Virus record (IMG/VR): IMGVR_UViG_3300012171_000003
Location: 1-40,659 of that record
DNA: 40,659 nucleotides
Strand: one strand, 5' to 3'
Origin: a virus
Taxonomy: Duplodnaviria; Caudoviricetes
Positions 36,337 through 40,659 of this stretch are shown here, in pieces (position 1 is the stretch's first letter; each line of letters begins with the position of its first letter). A program made the translations under genes and the position numbers. The notes beneath the pieces were generated by a model that saw nothing but the letters and a program-made list of their open reading frames with translations, was not told the DNA's origin and searched no databases.

Positions 36337-36897
36337 GCTGTGTGAGTATACACCGGGCTAGCTATCCCATTCAGGATTGCTTACTCGGTGTACTCCATAT
36401 ACATATAGAGCAGCTCACTGTCTATGGCTATAGGGCAATGGTTGCTGTAAGGTATTGAAAATATGAGTTATAGCTGAACGGGAGAGGGTGACTAATAGTG
36501 GCTAGACTAACCCTAACTGAACTCTATCAATGTGATAGCTAGATCAGATTGATCTACAATGCTGAGCAAGCATCAGCCTACCTGGCCTAAGTAACTGTAC
36601 ACTGTGCGCAAGTAACTATGCCAATGTGTACTCTATCAAAGTGAGAAGCTGAGCTGTCAATGTGACACTGTAGTACTGACTGATCTCTACCAAACTGACA
36701 GCTCAGCCTGCTCAGCCTAGGCTGATGTAACCTACATAGTGCTAAGTGAAATGGTCCAGGGAACCCATAGCTATGTGCCATATATCCCCCTTACACCCCC
36801 AATGTTTCACTCAGCCAGGCACTGCCAGGCACTCCAAACAACAAGTATAGAAATTTTCTACCTATCACTGCTTGCAGTGAGCTGAAAGGATACAGCC

Positions 36898-37164
36898 GTG
36901 AGTCACTACACACTGCAAAGCGGTCAGCGTACTGACACAATCACGTCACGCTGTCCAGTCTGTCACACAGTGACTTATCACACCAAACAGATAGAGCTAA
37001 CTGATGAAACAGTCTGTTGTAGGCCACCTAAGGATTGCAGAGATATACACATAAAAGAGCTGTGGTCTCTTTGGCACCGTGCACAGCTATGGGGAACAAT
37101 GAACTGTCCTGGCAAAGATGTATACACAATACTTCAGGAGTACATGACTTACATAGGTCGCTAA
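36898..37164 (+). CDS. Cys/His-rich hypothetical protein, 88 aa
   Basis: AAAGGA RBS; CPVC motif. Confidence 0.55.
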   Translation: MSHYTLQSGQRTDTITSRCPVCHTVTYHTKQIELTDETVCCRPPKDCRDIHIKELWSLWHRAQLWGTMNCPGKDVYTILQEYMTYIGR

Positions 37165-37197
37165 TGGTGGCGTTAACGGCAGGGTATAATTGAATAG

Positions 37198-37449
37198 TTA
37201 AAGAGGGTTGAACAGTTCTATACTCGCCTCATGAGGAACATGAGAAAGCGGTAAGATAACATGCACAAATCTCTCAAATACAACATGCTTATCACCACAG
37301 TTATCAACAACAAATACAATGACTCCACTGCTTGACCTCTTAATATCAGTAACAATACCTACTGTATACATCCTACTGCCTTTCTTTGAGTGTGGTATGG
37401 GCATAGCCTCTAATGTCAAGAAAAGCACCTTGTCACCTTCGTACATCAT
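37198..37449 (-). CDS. Hypothetical SH3-like protein, 83 aa
   Basis: GAGGAGG RBS; GDKV...VGIVTDI pattern. Confidence 0.6.
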   Translation of the reverse strand: MMYEGDKVLFLTLEAMPIPHSKKGSRMYTVGIVTDIKRSSSGVIVFVVDNCGDKHVVFERFVHVILPLSHVPHEASIELFNPL

Positions 37450-37450
37450 A

Positions 37451-37798
37451 CTATCGCTTCCTCCTCACATTATACCTACCTTCTACATCTGACTCTAGCT
37501 CATACCCATACTTTACTCTATATGCTCCTTCAATTCTAACTAAATGTTTCTCCAGCGCATCAATCCTACTTTCTAAACTTGTAATCCTTGCTGATCTTCT
37601 AATCTGCTCTTCTCTCACTAAACGTGTATCTTCAATCAACTTGATAATATGTGTATTATTTATATCAATATGGTCCTTCATATTCTTAATTGCTAAGCTA
37701 CCTAAAGCTATGACGCTAGATATAGTTAACCCTAGAACAGTCCATAGAATCCTATAGATAAGTCCTTTTGCTTCACCATTACTTACTGTACCAGCCAT
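37451..37798 (-). CDS. Single-TM coiled-coil protein (holin/spanin-like candidate)
   Basis: ILWTVLGLTISSVIALGSLAI TM segment followed by heptads RITSLESRIDALE. Confidence 0.55.
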   Translation of the reverse strand: MAGTVSNGEAKGLIYRILWTVLGLTISSVIALGSLAIKNMKDHIDINNTHIIKLIEDTRLVREEQIRRSARITSLESRIDALEKHLVRIEGAYRVKYGYELESDVEGRYNVRRKR

Positions 37799-37873
37799 GG
37801 TACTTACTCAAATCTGAGATTTTGTGAAGACGATGTGCGAACGCAGTTAAATATAAAACCTACTGTACAATCA

Positions 37874-38386
37874 CTACCCTTGCGGCTTAAACATTGTCAT
37901 AGCTCTGCTTATCGCCTCTGCCAACGCAACATGCTCACTCTTCAACAACGTCAGCTGCTCTTCAACCTTACTTAACTCTCTTTCTTTCTCTTTAATCAAC
38001 GAATCATACTCTACCTTTGCATCATCCACATCCTGCACAGCCTGTGTGTATTGTGCTACTACGTCTGCTAGCCCTCTATGTACCTCTGCCAAATCACTCT
38101 CTACTTTATTCCTTCTTTCCTCTTCATACGCTCTTATCTCTCTCTCTACCTTTTCAAACACAACGTTCCTTTTCATCTCAATACTTACAATCTCAGCCTT
38201 TACCTCCTCTACTTTACTCACAACTACACCTAGCTCCTCTGTCGCATTCTGCAGTTGACTCTTTACCTCTCTATACGTCTTCAACACGTCTGCTGCACTC
38301 TCTAGCATCTTCCTTTCATGTATCAACCTTCTCAGTACATCTTCAGCAGTACCAACATGCTCTAAGCTCACGTCTCGCTCACTCAC
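37874..38386 (-). CDS. Long coiled-coil protein, 170 aa
   Basis: E/K/V heptads throughout; AGGAGG RBS. Confidence 0.75.
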   Translation of the reverse strand: MSERDVSLEHVGTAEDVLRRLIHERKMLESAADVLKTYREVKSQLQNATEELGVVVSKVEEVKAEIVSIEMKRNVVFEKVEREIRAYEEERRNKVESDLAEVHRGLADVVAQYTQAVQDVDDAKVEYDSLIKEKERELSKVEEQLTLLKSEHVALAEAISRAMTMFKPQG

Positions 38387-38387
38387 T

Positions 38388-39104
38388 TTATCCTCCTGAC
38401 GCCATGGTCAAATTAACAGTCGTCTGTATTCCATCGCCATTAGCCCCAACAAGGTTTATCGCCGCAAAGGTGAATCTATCTAACAACACACCACCGCCTG
38501 TAGCGGCTTGGCTTAACACACCTGCCTCAGTTATTGCTGGTGTCCCGCTATCAAGTGTATTCGTTGCTACAGTCCTATACACATCACTTGTAGGCTGTGA
38601 CTGTACACCCGTTGCCCTTGTGCTATTAGGATTATACTCAGTCGTCAACTCAGTCTGCAACGCTGTATCACCTACAGCAGGGCCTGTTACCCCAGTCCCT
38701 ATACCATGAAAGTTGAAACTTGTAAGGTCAAACGCTCCTGCTGTTGCTGCATCGAACTCGTCAATAATCTCATCTCTCCCGGCATTTGTTACAAGCCGCA
38801 CTGACGCTAGCCCATACAGTACATCCTGTCCAGTAATACCATCAAAGCTTCGAAGCCAACATGATCCATACCAAAAAGGATACCCTGTCCTTTTACTCAC
38901 CGCCATCATGAGCCGCAGCCGCCACAGCTCACTTAAGAACCTACGCATATTATGCCTACGCCATGTTCGCACTTCCTTGCTGGTATCACGGTGTGGCATA
39001 GACCAATACAACACTTCCCTTAATGGCAGCTTGTGCCTAGGTATACCTTGTACTCTATGCACCTTAATACTTGACCCAACACCTACCCTCTCTTCACTAA
39101 TCAT
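38388..39104 (-). CDS. Fibre-attachment/baseplate-like domain protein with basic N-terminal extension
   Basis: LVTNAG, GIGTG...GDTALQTE, ITEAGVL motifs of phage tail-fibre N-terminal domains. Confidence 0.65.
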   Translation of the reverse strand: MISEERVGVGSSIKVHRVQGIPRHKLPLREVLYWSMPHRDTSKEVRTWRRHNMRRFLSELWRLRLMMAVSKRTGYPFWYGSCWLRSFDGITGQDVLYGLASVRLVTNAGRDEIIDEFDAATAGAFDLTSFNFHGIGTGVTGPAVGDTALQTELTTEYNPNSTRATGVQSQPTSDVYRTVATNTLDSGTPAITEAGVLSQAATGGGVLLDRFTFAAINLVGANGDGIQTTVNLTMASGG

Positions 39105-40009
39105 CTTCTTCTTCTCCTGAATAATGGTAACATTGACCTTAAAATAGCTCCACCGCCAGATATAAACGTTGTAACAATACTTGAGACTGGTGTAATCGCG
39201 CTGTTAAGTGTGATACTTCTAATCTGTGAAACCAGGAGAGTACTCACAGGTGTTATAACAGCGTTAAGTATCTTACGTGCTATCTTGCTGATAAAACTCA
39301 CTGGAGTTATACTGTTAGAGAGCACCTTGTTGATATGTTTAACAATACTTGATAACGGCGTAATGCTGCTTACCAACGTCCTACGTATACTCTTAACAAC
39401 CTGACTAACTGGTGTCATACTCGACGAAAGTACCTTGATTGCTACCTTTGATATACTTGAAACTGGTGTTATGACACTTGAAAGGACAATATTCCTTGTC
39501 AACGATGTTGCAAGATTGCTTACAAGGGTGATAACACCTGAGAATGTCTTATTCACTGTCTTAACAATACCCGATACTGGTGTCACAGCACCTGAAAATG
39601 CCCTGCTTACTCTCTTAACAACCATAGACGTTGGCGTAACACTTCCACCTAATACTTTGTTCACTTGCTTAACAATACTCGAAATCGGCGTAATAACACT
39701 AGCAAGTATAACACTCCTAATGACAGAAATAACAATACTGCTCACAGGCGCAATAGCACCACTCAATATCTTGTGAGCTATTTTAACCACTTGACTTAGC
39801 GGTGTTATACTACCGCCTACTACTTTATCCACCTGCTTAACAATGAAAGAAACTGGTGTCACAACACCACTCAACGTCTTATCTATTCTCTTAACAACAC
39901 TCGAAACTGGTGTAACAACACTATCCAGTGTTATAGTAAACACATCCCCACCAGCTACTGCCTTAAATCCAACCCGTCTAACATTCCCTATCAATCCATA
40001 CTGCGCCAC
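39101..40009 (-). CDS. Repetitive fibre-like protein, 14 repeats of 18/20 aa
   Basis: Consensus LS..ITPVS.IVK.I.K.; ends GGGAILRSMLPLFRRRRR. Confidence 0.8.
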   Translation of the reverse strand: MAQYGLIGNVRRVGFKAVAGGDVFTITLDSVVTPVSSVVKRIDKTLSGVVTPVSFIVKQVDKVVGGSITPLSQVVKIAHKILSGAIAPVSSIVISVIRSVILASVITPISSIVKQVNKVLGGSVTPTSMVVKRVSRAFSGAVTPVSGIVKTVNKTFSGVITLVSNLATSLTRNIVLSSVITPVSSISKVAIKVLSSSMTPVSQVVKSIRRTLVSSITPLSSIVKHINKVLSNSITPVSFISKIARKILNAVITPVSTLLVSQIRSITLNSAITPVSSIVTTFISGGGAILRSMLPLFRRRRR

Positions 40010-40012
40010 AGT

Positions 40013-40492
40013 TTACCCAGGTTCTTGAAAGAGTATCCAGGGTACGCAATTGACATCTGCTGCAAACAAGGTTCTAATTCTGAGAAATCGTGAGACTTTC
40101 ACGCGTGGATATACCGGAAACCAGATGCTATACCCACCAGAGTTTGGCGTAAGGTCCTGGCCATCAAGTATCCTGCTTGCGCCTATCGTGCCTTCTGCCC
40201 CAGCACCGTACCCAGTGGCAGATGTACCGCTCACGCATAAGGAAGCTTGGCTATCATCGCTCTCCCATTCTTCGGCTGTCAAGCCAGTCAGTGACGTTGC
40301 TGCAACATCGACATCTACAAGCGTAACAACGCCAGGCACACCACTTGTACCATCAAAGGACACCCCCCACGCCACTACGCGTATATCTGTAGTAGACGGT
40401 GTCGCCACTTGAAGCAATGTCTTTATCACGGTGCTTGTGGCAACCTCAACAATAGCATGCGACGCTTTTGGAATAGCTAAGTACAGTGCCAT
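40013..40492 (-). CDS. Beta-rich structural-like protein, 159 aa
   Basis: KTLLQV, WGVSFDG, LRIR motifs; AGGAAG RBS after the origin-spanning gene. Confidence 0.7.
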   Translation of the reverse strand: MALYLAIPKASHAIVEVATSTVIKTLLQVATPSTTDIRVVAWGVSFDGTSGVPGVVTLVDVDVAATSLTGLTAEEWESDDSQASLCVSGTSATGYGAGAEGTIGASRILDGQDLTPNSGGYSIWFPVYPRVKVSRFLRIRTLFAADVNCVPWILFQEPG

Positions 40493-40501
40493 GGGCTCTT
40501 C

Positions 40502-40659
40502 CTATCGTGCATACGATCCCCTCCTTCGTCTCTGAACACCGTACTGATAGTCTCTTCTTACCTGTAACGCAGCGCCATTATCCATCTGATCCGCGATAGG
40601 CCAGATACACGGAATGTCATTTGTATCTGTCCATGCTGCACTATCAGGATCACTTGTCC
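40502..40659 (-). CDS. 3' end of the origin-spanning 366-aa protein
   Basis: Reads ...WPIADQMDNGAALQVRRDYQYGVQRRRRGSYAR then TAG at 40504-40502. Confidence 0.85.
   Translation of the reverse strand, partial: TSDPDSAAWTDTNDIPCIWPIADQMDNGAALQVRRDYQYGVQRRRRGSYAR
40537..40659. repeat. Terminal direct repeat, right copy
   Basis: Identical to 1-123. Confidence 0.95.

Noticed and set aside
38017-40412. + strand ORFs including the 230-aa frame
   Set aside because: Shadows of RBS-supported - strand genes with biased codon use
40537-40659. 123-bp terminal repeat as a biological DTR
   Set aside because: It lies inside a continuous ORF, as expected for an assembler overlap

Overview
The window is an apparently complete ~40.5 kb dsDNA phage genome. 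Bases 1-123 recur exactly at 40537-40659, giving a 40,536 bp circular unit, and a 366-aa ORF missing from the ORF track reads across that junction. The layout is podovirus-like. (i) A + strand morphogenesis operon (3019-20597) holds terminase large subunit, portal, scaffold, an N4-gp56-type major capsid protein with an inserted Ig-like domain, ejection proteins, nozzle, adaptor and a fibre. (ii) A second, divergently transcribed structural/fibre block lies on the - strand (2831 to 1, then 40536 to 37198). (iii) A - strand replication block (28502-20723) holds a Sak4/AAA_24-type ATPase, a MazG-like NTP pyrophosphatase, tRNA-Glu(TTC), a NADAR-like protein and a family A DNA polymerase. The polymerase is split into two genes, fused to a family-4 UDG domain, and has many non-canonical active-site residues (including His at the Pol I 762 position). 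(iv) A ~1.4 kb control region carries sigma70 promoters, three sigma54-type GG-N10-GC sites, 27-bp direct repeats and a ~270-nt structured leader. (v) A + strand early block holds a SWIM protein, an AAA_25 ATPase and a UvrD-like helicase. I could not recognise an integrase, primase, small terminase or endolysin. All family calls come from motifs recognised by eye; no searches were run.
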